A stretch of DNA of 64,000 nt. Origin: Meyerozyma guilliermondii. Taxonomy: Eukaryota. The stretch covers positions 310,001 through 374,000 of the forward strand of contig CP128820.1 of the NCBI GenBank assembly GCA_051546255.1, written 5' to 3'. Positions 20,735-31,697 of the stretch are shown one piece after another (position 1 is the stretch's first letter; each line of letters opens with the position of its first letter). Below the pieces are notes generated by a model, which was not told the origin of the DNA, made no database searches, and saw nothing but the letters and a program-made list of their open reading frames with translations. The position numbers and the translations under genes were made by a program.

Positions 20735-22834
20735 CTATTTCTTGGCTTTTCTCTTCTTTCTTTTCAGAGCTATGATCCTTTGCTCCTTTTCGGAATGAGT
20801 TGAGGCATTTTGGCCATTTTGGGACGCCGTCTTGTTAATGTTGGTTTCAGACGACTTCGCACCTTTAGGACCCTTATTCATATTGCCCTTCTTTTGTGGC
20901 TTTGACTTTTTCCTTTTACGAGATTCATTTGTGTCATCGGTGGCTTCTTCCTCGGCCTTTCTTTTGTTATTTTGCCGGGCATGCATGACTTTTTCCTTTC
21001 TTCTTTTCACAACCTGAGCATTCTCCACGGCAAACTCTACAATCAACCTTCTCTTTCCACTCTCCTTTGATCTAACATTTTTCTTTTCCTCATCGGTCAA
21101 ACCTTCAACAGCCTCTTCTGGAGTCACCTCGTGAGCATTCAACCAACGAAGACCCATTAAAGCTGTCTTATGATCACGATACTCAATGAAACCATAACCT
21201 CGACTACGTCCCACATCTCCAGTTCCTTTCACCTCCATGACAACTTTGGCTTGCTTAACTACTCCAGCATGCTTGGATTTCTTCATCTCTTGAATTTCGT
21301 CCTCATGTTTCAACTTGATACTTCGGTTAACCTCTTCCTTGGAGAGAGGTTGTCTCTGTTCTGCTTTGACTTCGGTAGCAAATTGAACCACAGCTTTTCT
21401 TCCTAAAGCTTTCAAAGACTTGGCATTCATTGATCTTGGAATGTTCCTTATGGCCAATCTTGTTAATGATAAATGCAACGTTGGATTTTTGTTGAGTTGT
21501 TGTACACGCAACTTGTAGGACTTTTCTCGTAATTCGAGATCGGTCTTGGAGATGAACTGCGCTAATTTAGAATTCTCGGTGATTCTTCCTTCGTTAAGCA
21601 AGTACAAGTTTCTCTTATCTTTGTCTGCTGGTGATTTTCCGAGTGCCTCTTTCTTACGCTCCATATTTTTTTCAGCGAGTCTCAGGGCAGAGGTTCTATC
21701 GACAGCCGAAGTAATGGATAAAATTCGTCCCTCATAAACGTATTCTTTGGAAACATCATCTGGGATTAATACAGATGTGGAATCAATAGTGGGAGCATTC
21801 TCCAAGCATGTAGTGTATGGTTTTTCGGAAACAAATGCAACAAACGCAGAACCTCTTGCAAGACCAGTTTCCTTGTCAATGACAGGAAGAGCATACTTGA
21901 CGTCACCAAACTGGCTGAAATGCTCTTTCAACGAATCCTGGTCGGCATCATAAGGTATATTTCTCACGAACACTGCGTATGGTTCTTGCTTGTTCCTGGG
22001 TTTATATTCTTCTTCTGGTTCTTCTTCAGGTTCACCTTTAAGATCATTAAGTTCCTCGAAGGAGTCGTTATCGGATTCTTCATCAGAGCCGCTTTCGTCG
22101 TCTTTTATGTCTTCGTCTCCTTCATCGTCTGAATCTTTCTGTTCTGGATCGTCCTCTTTCTCTGGCTTGGGTTCTTCTTCCTTGATAGCTTCCCATTTAC
22201 TTTTTTCAACCGCAAGATCTACAGCCACTTCTCTACCGTCGATCTTCAAACCCACGCTCTCCTTGACCGCTTTGTCGGCTGCAGCTTGTTTCTTCATTGT
22301 GATGAAAGCGAACCCACTCATTTGACCACCTTTCTTACGAGGAATGTAGGCATCGAATACGGCACCGAATCTCAGAAATGTCTTTTTCAAGGTTTCAGGA
22401 TCCTTGCAAGACCATGGGAGGTTTCTCACAATGAGCCTTGCTCTTCTTTTCTCGACAGTCTTACCAGAATGGGGTTGTTCGGTGGGATCCCTGGTAGCTC
22501 GTTCACCTTTTCTGTCTCTTCTCTTGGCTATATCGACCCGCAAAAGACGTCCTTTAAACTTGACTTTTTTCGATTCCACAAGTGCTGTGAGGGTATCATC
22601 ATCCATTGTGAAGGATACAAATCCAAAACCTCGTCCCTCACCCTTTTCATCAGTCACAACAACGGCATGCTTAACCGGAACGAATTGTGAGAAATGCTCC
22701 GAGAGCTCTTCATTGGTTGTACCAGCAGGAACAGAACGCACAAAAAGAGTTTTCCTATCCAATCCGTCGTCTACGGTTGCCAGGTCGCTTTTGGGAGCTT
22801 CCAGGGCCGAAGGTGGTGGCACAGTATCAGACAT
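20735..22834 (-). CDS. NOP4: Nucleolar multi-RRM protein Nop4
   Basis: Four RRMs, acidic linker, LHLSLTRLAIRNIP and RSRGYGFIEY. Start placed at 22834 because the upstream ATG at 22876 lies inside a PAC motif. Confidence 0.93.
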   Translation of the reverse strand: MSDTVPPPSALEAPKSDLATVDDGLDRKTLFVRSVPAGTTNEELSEHFSQFVPVKHAVVVTDEKGEGRGFGFVSFTMDDDTLTALVESKKVKFKGRLLRVDIAKRRDRKGERATRDPTEQPHSGKTVEKRRARLIVRNLPWSCKDPETLKKTFLRFGAVFDAYIPRKKGGQMSGFAFITMKKQAAADKAVKESVGLKIDGREVAVDLAVEKSKWEAIKEEEPKPEKEDDPEQKDSDDEGDEDIKDDESGSDEESDNDSFEELNDLKGEPEEEPEEEYKPRNKQEPYAVFVRNIPYDADQDSLKEHFSQFGDVKYALPVIDKETGLARGSAFVAFVSEKPYTTCLENAPTIDSTSVLIPDDVSKEYVYEGRILSITSAVDRTSALRLAEKNMERKKEALGKSPADKDKRNLYLLNEGRITENSKLAQFISKTDLELREKSYKLRVQQLNKNPTLHLSLTRLAIRNIPRSMNAKSLKALGRKAVVQFATEVKAEQRQPLSKEEVNRSIKLKHEDEIQEMKKSKHAGVVKQAKVVMEVKGTGDVGRSRGYGFIEYRDHKTALMGLRWLNAHEVTPEEAVEGLTDEEKKNVRSKESGKRRLIVEFAVENAQVVKRRKEKVMHARQNNKRKAEEEATDDTNESRKRKKSKPQKKGNMNKGPKGAKSSETNINKTASQNGQNASTHSEKEQRIIALKRKKRKAKK

Positions 22835-22870
22835 TGGTACTTGAGTGTGTGCGCGAAAGGTTGGCTCGAT

Positions 22871-22894
22871 GCTCATCGCAGCCAGAAATTTTTC
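22871..22894. promoter_or_regulatory. PAC plus RRPE-like elements upstream of NOP4
   Basis: GCTCATCGC at 22871-22879 followed by GAAATTTTTC. Confidence 0.7.
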
Positions 22895-22966
22895 GAGGCA
22901 GACTGCAGGTGATGTGAGACGCTATCGATAAAAATACGGGGAAACGTAAACAAGTGCGCTCTTCCA

Positions 22967-24247
22967 ATGGCACGTAATAACCGCCGCAATGTGCTTCCCA
23001 ACACCTATGTGCCTGTTTTATCGAAGAAAGCACTCACAACAGTTCTTATGAGACTGCCAAAACGTTCCCTTTTGGAGTTGGTCCAGCGATGGCCGCAACT
23101 TGCGAATACTCAGCCAAACATAGATGGAGCTAAACCTCGAGAAATTCGTCGAATTGGTAAGGAAATATTGGAGACTGTGCGCCAGTGGCGTGCTTCGTCC
23201 GCTGGAGTATCCAAGAGAACAATAGTGGACACTATAGTTCATGAATGGTGGAGTGGAGGACTCAATTTGCTCCAGTTGTCGCAGATAGATTGCCAGCTTA
23301 TTGTAGATCGGCCCAATGCATACTCATGGGTTTATTCTACCGTGAGAGATTTCAAGGGTGCAGAGGTCGCGGTGTCTTTGGACCCGGCAAAGTTCTTGGA
23401 TCGCCTTTCTATGGATCTTAGCACGTTGTACCTCTCCTACATTTATATCTGTCGTCATCCTCAACTTCCACTCGTACTCATCCGCATCCAGGTTTTCGAC
23501 ATCCAACCAATGAGTACAGTCAAGCGTTCTAATCGACCCCACATATCTTCGAATAGGCCGTTTCTTGCTGCAATCCCCATGAATTCAAGCCACATTATTC
23601 ACAGCCCCGGTGATGATGTGGTATCGAGCATTGTCCATCAGGCCATCGAACGAAGCCTCCCACAGTCGCGTGGTAGACCACTTACATTGGAGGCTGCTAC
23701 AAATCAAGCTCCCGTTCGATCGCTCGAATCCATGCATATTTTGCATGGAAGTTCGAGGTTCGCAAAGAGCATGGGAGCTTGGGCTCCATATGCCGATAAT
23801 AGCGTCGATATTTCTCCACTTGGAGACACCATAAACCATGCGCTAGCGTCGGAAAATGTAAGGGTGCCACCAGTGGTTTCACCTTTGCAAGAATTAAAGA
23901 CAATTGCAAACCTACGATTCAAAGGAACAAAGGACGGTAAATACAAATCTGAGAAATTGTATGACGATGACGAGGGCTCGAAGCCTAAAAGATGGCATGG
24001 TGATCACGAAGACGAAGCAGAAGAGAATTTAACTACCAGTGAATTCACATCCATCGCTCCCATACAGCATGTTTCTTTTTTACTAAAAGAACCCGTCGAG
24101 AAGTTGGGAGACGAAGCGGCCATTAAAATAACATTAGCAGGTTCTGATGTCTACGCTGGACTCCATGAATTATCGGTTTCTACGACTGATGAGAGTGAAA
24201 TGGTTCTCGATCCCAGATCTATTCCTAATTGGCTAACAGGTTCCTAG
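22967..24247 (+). CDS. CHL4: Inner kinetochore protein Chl4 (CENP-N)
   Basis: W..GLNLLQLSQIDCQL, SRF..SMGAWAPYAD..DISPL, GSDVYAGLHEL and IPNWLTG motifs. Confidence 0.88.
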   Translation: MARNNRRNVLPNTYVPVLSKKALTTVLMRLPKRSLLELVQRWPQLANTQPNIDGAKPREIRRIGKEILETVRQWRASSAGVSKRTIVDTIVHEWWSGGLNLLQLSQIDCQLIVDRPNAYSWVYSTVRDFKGAEVAVSLDPAKFLDRLSMDLSTLYLSYIYICRHPQLPLVLIRIQVFDIQPMSTVKRSNRPHISSNRPFLAAIPMNSSHIIHSPGDDVVSSIVHQAIERSLPQSRGRPLTLEAATNQAPVRSLESMHILHGSSRFAKSMGAWAPYADNSVDISPLGDTINHALASENVRVPPVVSPLQELKTIANLRFKGTKDGKYKSEKLYDDDEGSKPKRWHGDHEDEAEENLTTSEFTSIAPIQHVSFLLKEPVEKLGDEAAIKITLAGSDVYAGLHELSVSTTDESEMVLDPRSIPNWLTGS

Positions 24248-24250
24248 AGT

Positions 24251-26995
24251 TTATCTCGTTTCCCTCATAAATCTCTTCACAGCATTTTCTAGTGCCTCGT
24301 TACCCTCGGCACGCTCATATATGTGCTTCAAATACTCGGTGTCTCGGTTCTTGGATGCTTCCTGAGCAGCTAGAACTATGTCATCATTCTTAAGATATAA
24401 TTCGACCTTTCGAGTGTAGTGCACATTTTGAAGATTGTTGATGAGAACGGAAGTATATTGCTTTGGTGCAGAATATGCCAAGCAGGTTTCAATTATGGCG
24501 CCAAATCCAATTGGTGACTTCAATCCAGTGTCTGTAGTGGTGTCACTATGGGCTCTAATGAATTTCATCAACTTGTCAAAATCTCTAGATTTGCAACAAG
24601 AGTCAACAGTAATGTACCAAAGCTTCTCGATATCAACATTGAACTCCTTGCACACTCTGTTGGCTTGTTTTAGCTGGTTCATTTGTATCAATTTCACCAC
24701 CACGTCAACGAGGGTTTTTGTCGTGAAAAAGTCGGTTTGGTAAATTTCGGTGAGTTTTCGACGAAGATCAAGTATATCAAGTTCTTTTTCAAAAATCTTT
24801 CGCAGCCGATTATCTATAGTTCTATGCATCGCTTTGGTCAATTTCAGCTTGTAGCTTTCGTAATATTCATGGTCAACATTGGCCCCGGCTATGAATTGGC
24901 GAAGTCGATGAATACAGAGCTCAAATCTTTTATCTTCTTGCTTGTGATACTGCTCGAATAATGTCAGATTATCCTTACCAATAGTCTGTGTCCAGAAGTT
25001 GCCTATTAAGTCACCATTAATATTCAAGATACCGGCTCGATCTTTCAGAGGACGTTTTGTCCATGAATTTTGTTCATTTTGATCGAGTATCTTGAAGAAT
25101 TGAGACAAAGATAAGGTGTCAAATAGGTGTAGAAGGATCAACTTGCACAAATCCGAATCGCATGTTTCAAAAGCTTTCATTAAGGCAACTTCAGGTTCTC
25201 CAATGGCTAGAAATTGTTTAACTCGATTATACGGAGAAGGGTCTTTTTCAATTATCCACTTGCTCAAGTTATTACGGCCCTCCTCCAACGCAACTTTTGA
25301 TATTTGCTCTATAGGAACAACGTTTCCATCCGCTCCCTTTGAACTTGTGCTCAATTTGTTCTCAATTAATGTTAACAAGTTTTCGTCAGACATGTTGAGC
25401 TCTTTCTTAATTTTGGAACAACACCAGTGTATATACACTAGGTTATCCAAGTCCTTCTTGTTCACCAACTCCGTAATGCGTAGAGCCATTGCATGTTGAT
25501 CTCTCCGTAGTAACATGTCGATTAATTTCTTCCAGCCAATAAACTCTACCTCAGAAAATGTGAGAAAGAGGCCCAATTCCGGAGCACGAAGCTGGTTTAA
25601 AACTTTCAAGGTATTCACAACTTGCACATATCTGTCAGAATCAAAGATATAGCCCTCGAAATATGCCTTTCCGAAACTGACAGCTTTCAATATTCGCTTC
25701 TGCCATATAGGATCGAACTCTCGTAAGGCGGCATCTAGGCATGTTTCTATTGCCGGTTCGAGTACATCCTCGCCTTTAAGCATGGATATATTTGAATCTG
25801 CTTTGGAAGGATGAGCGGAAAGTTTCTCGAAACAATCAACGAGTATACTTCCAGGATCTGACGCACCGATCTCAAATAGTTTTACTGAGCTGTCGGCTAC
25901 CCTTCCCAAGAATTCTACTCGATCCGAGGATATTATAGTAACTCCATCCGGCTGAGTTTTCAAAATGGGAATGGATACCGACTTACCGTAGTCGACATAG
26001 TCGTCGCCTATATCGTCCATGATATCGTAGAAGAAAGAAACGGAGCGTTGGGCAGGGCCAATGAGCTTTATTTCGTCTCTCAAAGAGAGAATTATGGCAT
26101 CATTACCACACCACTCGACTTGAAATGGAGTACCAGACTCGTTCGAGGTGTCGTATTCTAAAAGTACCTGGTCAAACAGATTGTTGATGACGAATATTTT
26201 GGAAACTTCCTTATTATGCAAAGCGATAAGCTGGCGGCTGGGCGAGGCACTCACCACGGAAAACGGGCCGTCTGTGAGACTCTGGTCAATCAATTCGAAG
26301 CTGTTAGAGGTGAAGTCAACGTTGAGTACGTATACGGTTTTGTCGTAACTGATGAACAATGCGAGCAGATTTTCGTCTGAACTAGCGTCTGTCAAGCAGT
26401 GTATTTTTTCAAGGCTCCAGTTTGGGACCGAGATTTCGTAGTTCTTGAAAGTTTCGAGATTGGTCACAAGTAAGCGATCATCTAGTAATAGTACTAGAAA
26501 ATTACCCATTATTTTCAGCTGTAGCACCCTGAAAACTTGTTCTTGTTGCAAGTTTTCCAAGTTGGTGATAAAATGACCGGAGGGAGAATCGGTTTTGGTG
26601 GTGGAAGAAGAAGACATATTGATCAACTCGGTGCGTTTGTCGATATATGAGTATTCGTTGAAAGTGCCCTTGAAATCCAGGTAATAGCGGAACTTGTTAT
26701 TGCTTAGTACCACACACAAGTCCTCGTTACGAAATGCAAAGTCAACAATGTGATCACTTGCATGGCTATTATAAACCACCGACCACAACTTGGTTCCGCT
26801 TAATGAATATACATCAATTATGTTTGGATATGTGGCTAGTTTGGTAGCAAGTGCCATGACTGTGCTGTGTGTCGATACCGCTACTCTGAACTGGGAATAG
26901 AGGTTGGATATGTCCCAATTCATATCCAGATAGCATGCTATTAGATGGTAGTAGACATCCTGGAGTTTCTGCCAGCCGATACTAGGAGTCTGCAT
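24251..26995 (-). CDS. VPS16: HOPS/CORVET subunit Vps16
   Basis: MQTPSIGWQKLQDVYY N-terminus, WCGNDA, WQKRILKAVSFGK and VYIHWCCSKI. First ATG is at 26995. Confidence 0.93.
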   Translation of the reverse strand: MQTPSIGWQKLQDVYYHLIACYLDMNWDISNLYSQFRVAVSTHSTVMALATKLATYPNIIDVYSLSGTKLWSVVYNSHASDHIVDFAFRNEDLCVVLSNNKFRYYLDFKGTFNEYSYIDKRTELINMSSSSTTKTDSPSGHFITNLENLQQEQVFRVLQLKIMGNFLVLLLDDRLLVTNLETFKNYEISVPNWSLEKIHCLTDASSDENLLALFISYDKTVYVLNVDFTSNSFELIDQSLTDGPFSVVSASPSRQLIALHNKEVSKIFVINNLFDQVLLEYDTSNESGTPFQVEWCGNDAIILSLRDEIKLIGPAQRSVSFFYDIMDDIGDDYVDYGKSVSIPILKTQPDGVTIISSDRVEFLGRVADSSVKLFEIGASDPGSILVDCFEKLSAHPSKADSNISMLKGEDVLEPAIETCLDAALREFDPIWQKRILKAVSFGKAYFEGYIFDSDRYVQVVNTLKVLNQLRAPELGLFLTFSEVEFIGWKKLIDMLLRRDQHAMALRITELVNKKDLDNLVYIHWCCSKIKKELNMSDENLLTLIENKLSTSSKGADGNVVPIEQISKVALEEGRNNLSKWIIEKDPSPYNRVKQFLAIGEPEVALMKAFETCDSDLCKLILLHLFDTLSLSQFFKILDQNEQNSWTKRPLKDRAGILNINGDLIGNFWTQTIGKDNLTLFEQYHKQEDKRFELCIHRLRQFIAGANVDHEYYESYKLKLTKAMHRTIDNRLRKIFEKELDILDLRRKLTEIYQTDFFTTKTLVDVVVKLIQMNQLKQANRVCKEFNVDIEKLWYITVDSCCKSRDFDKLMKFIRAHSDTTTDTGLKSPIGFGAIIETCLAYSAPKQYTSVLINNLQNVHYTRKVELYLKNDDIVLAAQEASKNRDTEYLKHIYERAEGNEALENAVKRFMRETR

Positions 26996-27160
26996 TGATA
27001 CAATGGAGGAAGCAATCTTATTAGGTGTTCTATTCTGTGCCAATTCTGTGCCAATATGTGCCAATTATGAAACTTTACAAATAGAATAAGTAGTCTCAGG
27101 TGTATGAATTGAAATCGATTTTGGCGCGAATTGAATTCACCATCAACTGACACTTTTACC

Positions 27161-27454
27161 ATGAGCGAATCAGGATACGTTACACTTGTGTCCGCCGATG
27201 GTCACAGATTCGTGGTGCTACGTGACGTGGCACTGATATCCTCGGTCCTCAGAAACACACAAGGTTTCGAAGAGGGACGAACAGGAAAGATCAAACTCGA
27301 CATGGATGGAGATATTCTAGAATGCATTGTCGAGTATTTGTACTACCATTACAAGTACAGAGAACAGGCCGAGAGCGGCAACATTCCCGAGTTCAATATT
27401 CCCACGCATTTGGCGTTGGAGTTGTTGGTGAAAGCAGATTACTTGGATATATGA
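27161..27454 (+). CDS. ELC1: Elongin C
   Basis: YVTLVSADGHRFVV and IPEFNIP..ALELLVKADYLDI. Adjacent to VPS16 as in S. cerevisiae. Confidence 0.93.
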   Translation: MSESGYVTLVSADGHRFVVLRDVALISSVLRNTQGFEEGRTGKIKLDMDGDILECIVEYLYYHYKYREQAESGNIPEFNIPTHLALELLVKADYLDI

Positions 27455-27964
27455 GGACTAAGGAGAGAAGAGAGAATGGAAGAGATGAGAGAATGAAAGA
27501 GAAGTGAGATGACGAGGGAGAATTGAAGTGAGGTGGGGTGGAGAACGAGAATTGTTGTGAAGATTCGATTCAATGCTGATTATGGTGAACTTTGGTGAGG
27601 ATGACTTGGGTAAGTCAGACAGAGTCTTTGGTTGTCCTGTGGTTTTTTGTCGTCTTATGGTTTATCTGTTAGGTGTGTGAAACTGCAAAGTACCTTAATG
27701 TTCTGGTCGAGTTCTGAGCGAAAATTGCTTCACTTTTATGTATATTAATTGACGAAATGATTCGATATCGACAAATACTGATAATCAAAAAGATAAATTT
27801 CAAGTAGATTGTTGATGCTTAAGTTCAAAAAAGTGAGTTTAGGCTTCATTACTTGTCTCTTAACCCGTTCTTATCATTCACTACTTCTTTTTATTCCATT
27901 TACTCTCTCCACATTCCTGCAGATATGGCCGATACCATTTCGATCCTCATTCTACTTTTACCCC

Positions 27965-29488
27965 ATGACAAGCCTACTCTCCACCTTGGAGTCTGAGGTA
28001 CATGGTTTCTCTGATTCCAGCAAAAAGTGCCTCTCAGGAATACTAGAAGAATCTCATAACTGCCTTAATGATCTTCGTTTACTTGAAGCAGAATTAGAAG
28101 TCGAAGTTGCAAACGATCAGAATCCACCTAATGACTTTGATATAGATAGTTTGGCCAAATCGACTGATTCGTGGTACAAGAACTCGATAACTCATTTGAA
28201 GGGGTACAACTCAGGCATCAATAAGTTTCTGAAAAACATTTTTAATAACCCCCAGTATCGCATGGAGTTGGATGAGGCATATACCTATCCATTAAATCTC
28301 AGCAACTATCCAATAACGACCCAGGGCGATAAGAGTAAGCTAGGATTCATTCAGAGAGAGAACCATGAGGAGCTTTTGAAGGCAATTATATTGCATCTTC
28401 TCAAAATCGGCCAGTGCAATTTGTTGAATGAGCTTGTCAAAGAGATTCCATCTGATAAACCAATAACTATCGACCAGACCCTTTTGAACCAGTTCAATCT
28501 TTTGAATGATATTGTAAATGACATAACGACAAAGCACGACCTAACAAAGGCACTCAATTGGTTCAAAGAGAAAAGAAAACTGAAACCTTCGTCTGGAGAA
28601 CTGGCCCTCGATATCATAGAGTTCAAGTTCCACATGCTCCAATTCACGTTGTTGCTCTATAGCCCGAACACAGTCAACGACATTGACAACTCGGCTCTTT
28701 CCGCCTACATGTACTCGAAAGAGAACTTTTCGTCGTCCATGAAGTCTCACCTAGACGAGGTATCTGCATTAATGACATTGCTTGTGTTGCGAAGAGATAG
28801 AAATGGCACCCAACAGTTGGATACGATGAAAAACCTATCTTCCAGAATTCTGGCATCCTTACGTGACAGAGAAAAAGTGGGTCAAACAGGTAGTATTTCA
28901 TTTGCATCAGAAATACTTCTCGCTTCAAGCAGCATTCACAGTAAGGAAGCCGTGTTCACCAATTTATCCAACGAGTTCATATCAGAATACTGCAAGGATT
29001 TGAACCTATCCAACGATTCATCGCTATTCCAGTGCATGCTAGCAGGATTTGTGAATCTACCCAGCTTCTACAAGTACAACAAAATTCAAATGAAACTAGG
29101 CAAGGGCCTAAAGACTGCAAACGACCCCACTGTTGCTAGTAACCTTCCTAACACCAACACAGAAACTATGGTTGACTATGTATCAACTTTTAGAAATGAT
29201 CTTCCCTTTCAACTTCTGGGTGCAAGTTCGTTTTTATTTCTGTATCATCCAATTTTCATTTGTCCTGTTTCGAAAGAACAGTTGATCCCGCTTACTGATG
29301 ACGATCGCAACAGTGAGGGTATGCATGAACCAAATCCTGTCGTTGTATTGAAATTCTGTCATCATCTTGCACTCCGAGAGAGTGTATGGCAATTATCGAA
29401 GCGAGGTAAGGATTATTTCAAGTGCCATTATTGTTACAAGAGGCACAAGTTTAGCGACGTCAAGGAGGCGTATTTTATTGATTTATGA
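27965..29488 (+). CDS. RMD5: GID/CTLH E3 ligase RING subunit Rmd5/Gid2
   Basis: LisH/CTLH-like region and degenerate RING HPIFICPVSKE...CHH...FKCHYC. First plausible ATG is at 27965. Confidence 0.85.
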   Translation: MTSLLSTLESEVHGFSDSSKKCLSGILEESHNCLNDLRLLEAELEVEVANDQNPPNDFDIDSLAKSTDSWYKNSITHLKGYNSGINKFLKNIFNNPQYRMELDEAYTYPLNLSNYPITTQGDKSKLGFIQRENHEELLKAIILHLLKIGQCNLLNELVKEIPSDKPITIDQTLLNQFNLLNDIVNDITTKHDLTKALNWFKEKRKLKPSSGELALDIIEFKFHMLQFTLLLYSPNTVNDIDNSALSAYMYSKENFSSSMKSHLDEVSALMTLLVLRRDRNGTQQLDTMKNLSSRILASLRDREKVGQTGSISFASEILLASSSIHSKEAVFTNLSNEFISEYCKDLNLSNDSSLFQCMLAGFVNLPSFYKYNKIQMKLGKGLKTANDPTVASNLPNTNTETMVDYVSTFRNDLPFQLLGASSFLFLYHPIFICPVSKEQLIPLTDDDRNSEGMHEPNPVVVLKFCHHLALRESVWQLSKRGKDYFKCHYCYKRHKFSDVKEAYFIDL

Positions 29489-29910
29489 GAGCATGTGAGT
29501 ATATAGGTACCAATTTATGAGAAACGTTAATAAAAGGTTCAAAGTAGTTGGTTGGTGGAACTAAGAAATGGCACAATGAAAAAAGTGTAAGAATATAGAA
29601 TTTTGTAAAAGACAAAAAATTGCTAAAAACACATAAGCCTTGAATATCATAAGAATAGGACTCAAGTTTGTCTCCATTATCGCCATTTAGAGTAATATGG
29701 TCAAGAAATGGTTGAATGAAGAGGTACAATTATCTATATGGGTATTGCACCAAATTTGCAATTTTTTTATTTTCTCCAGATGCCTCAAAGGAACAGAGAT
29801 CAGTAGCAGAAGGAGAGTAATATACCAGTGATTCTACCTTTCCCATTTCTCGCAGCACTATTTTTCGTTACTAGCCATCAAGTATTACATATTGCAACCA
29901 TTTGAATTTC

Positions 29911-29919
29911 GCGATGAGC
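29911..29919. promoter_or_regulatory. PAC element upstream of TRM44
   Basis: GCGATGAGC just upstream of the ATG. Confidence 0.65.
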
Positions 29920-29935
29920 AGATTTCATCTTTCAT

Positions 29936-31594
29936 ATGGCTCGAAAGAACCACAATAGAGGAGCCAACCAGCCCGAGTTGAGCACACTTCTTTCCACAGA
30001 ATCCATCCTCGGGCCGTCATGGGTGCCCGTCTATAAGAAGGATGTAGATTTCTCAGCGGAACACTTCGAAGCAGCAATGTCAAATTTGATCCGAGAGCCC
30101 AATATCAACTCCACGGTAATAATGAGAGCTGATATACTTCTGGACTCGTCTGTGAATGAACCAGATAAAAAGATCAACATAAGCAAATTGGAAGATATTC
30201 CCAGAGCGCTGGACTCGGACGGGGAAGTGTTGCATCGAGATCTCCAAGATGTCAAACTTCGAACTATTCCTCTCGAAAATGGACTTCTGCTCAAACCTCG
30301 AATTGACATAGTGAGACGTATCATACCACGAAACCCATACAAGGACCATATTATCATCCAGACATGCCTTGTACTTGCCAATGACGAGTCAAAGACCATT
30401 CTTGTTGTGTATGTTCCTCACATCAAAAACGTTGACGAAACACCATTTTATCTTCCCAAAGTCTACGGCATTGGACTATTGTACCACAATTCAAGCGTCT
30501 CTATCCACTATCTTCCTTTTGACTACGAAAATGTCGACACTATCAAAATGTTGAAACAGCTAGATCCATCTGATCGAGATGTGCGAATTGCATTGAGGCT
30601 CTTGAACACCAGTTGCAAACACTCCCAGGGAGCCAAAGATGGGTATGAAAAGAGAGTGAACCACGATTTGGTTGTGCCCAAGATAGCGTTCCAGAACCGC
30701 TATATCAGCTTGAAGAAAAAGTATGCAGCAGATTTGGTGAGCCGTTGGCAAGAGAGCACCAATCCAACCAAGCATGTTTTTGAAGACTTGGCTATCGCAG
30801 CCTTTTTAATTGAATTCTGGCTCAAGCACTATGGCGAAGACAAAACAAAGTTTCAGTTTCGAGACTTGGGATGCGGAAATGGTTTGCTAGTGTATATTCT
30901 CATCATGGAAGGATACACGGGAAAGGGTATCGATGCTCGCAAGCGAAAATCATGGAAAATATACCCAGAAAAAGTGCAAGAGAATCTATTGGAACAAATT
31001 ATCATCCCTAACGTGCTACTCAGGCCACATCCAGCTTACGCCGAAATTGCACCAGGAATGATTGATAATGGCAGATTATTTCAAGTTCCTGATCCTGCTA
31101 CTCCAAAAAATTCAGTTCCCCTTGTGAGCTATTACACAGCTGGAAATCTTCTCGCTTCGTCACTCGTGAGTACCACCGAAGAGTTTCCACCCAACACATT
31201 CATAATTGGAAACCATTCAGACGAATTGACCTGCTGGATTCCATTATTCAACTTTCCTTTCATGGTTATTCCGTGCTGCTCTCATGCACTCAACGGAGCC
31301 AAGGTAAGGTTCAATCCTCGAAAAGGTAGTAAGAACAACGCAACGTCTACGTATGGCTCGCTAGTAGACCACGTTCAAGATTTGGCTACTCTAATGAAGT
31401 GGAAGGTGGAAAAAGAGATGCTCCGGATTCCTAGCACCCGCAATGCTGCGATTATCGGAGTGACAAAAACCGAACCCGAGGATCTCGAAATGACAAACAA
31501 ACGTATATATGACCTAGTTGCTATGGAAGGCGGAGCCGAAGGATGGGTGGAAAACTCAATGGCATTGATGAAAAAGCCACCCAGAGGCCATTAA
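29936..31594 (+). CDS. TRM44: tRNA (uridine-2'-O)-methyltransferase Trm44
   Basis: KHVFEDLAIAAFLI, DLGCGNGLLV, GIDARKRKSW, IGNHSDELTCWIP and LRIPSTRN. Adjacent to PHO85. Confidence 0.93.
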   Translation: MARKNHNRGANQPELSTLLSTESILGPSWVPVYKKDVDFSAEHFEAAMSNLIREPNINSTVIMRADILLDSSVNEPDKKINISKLEDIPRALDSDGEVLHRDLQDVKLRTIPLENGLLLKPRIDIVRRIIPRNPYKDHIIIQTCLVLANDESKTILVVYVPHIKNVDETPFYLPKVYGIGLLYHNSSVSIHYLPFDYENVDTIKMLKQLDPSDRDVRIALRLLNTSCKHSQGAKDGYEKRVNHDLVVPKIAFQNRYISLKKKYAADLVSRWQESTNPTKHVFEDLAIAAFLIEFWLKHYGEDKTKFQFRDLGCGNGLLVYILIMEGYTGKGIDARKRKSWKIYPEKVQENLLEQIIIPNVLLRPHPAYAEIAPGMIDNGRLFQVPDPATPKNSVPLVSYYTAGNLLASSLVSTTEEFPPNTFIIGNHSDELTCWIPLFNFPFMVIPCCSHALNGAKVRFNPRKGSKNNATSTYGSLVDHVQDLATLMKWKVEKEMLRIPSTRNAAIIGVTKTEPEDLEMTNKRIYDLVAMEGGAEGWVENSMALMKKPPRGH

Positions 31595-31697
31595 TGAATT
31601 TCGCAACCATTTAAATTTGTAGCTCAGCCTGCATAGATAAGTCCAAGCCTTAATTTTCCATTTTGGGCGAATTACCACTGAGTTTAGAAACGTTGGG

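Noticed and set aside
27455..27550. Purine-rich GA tract and 61-aa ORF after ELC1
   Set aside because: Low-complexity 3' UTR sequence; similar tracts occur near 33950 and 55080, with no coding signal.
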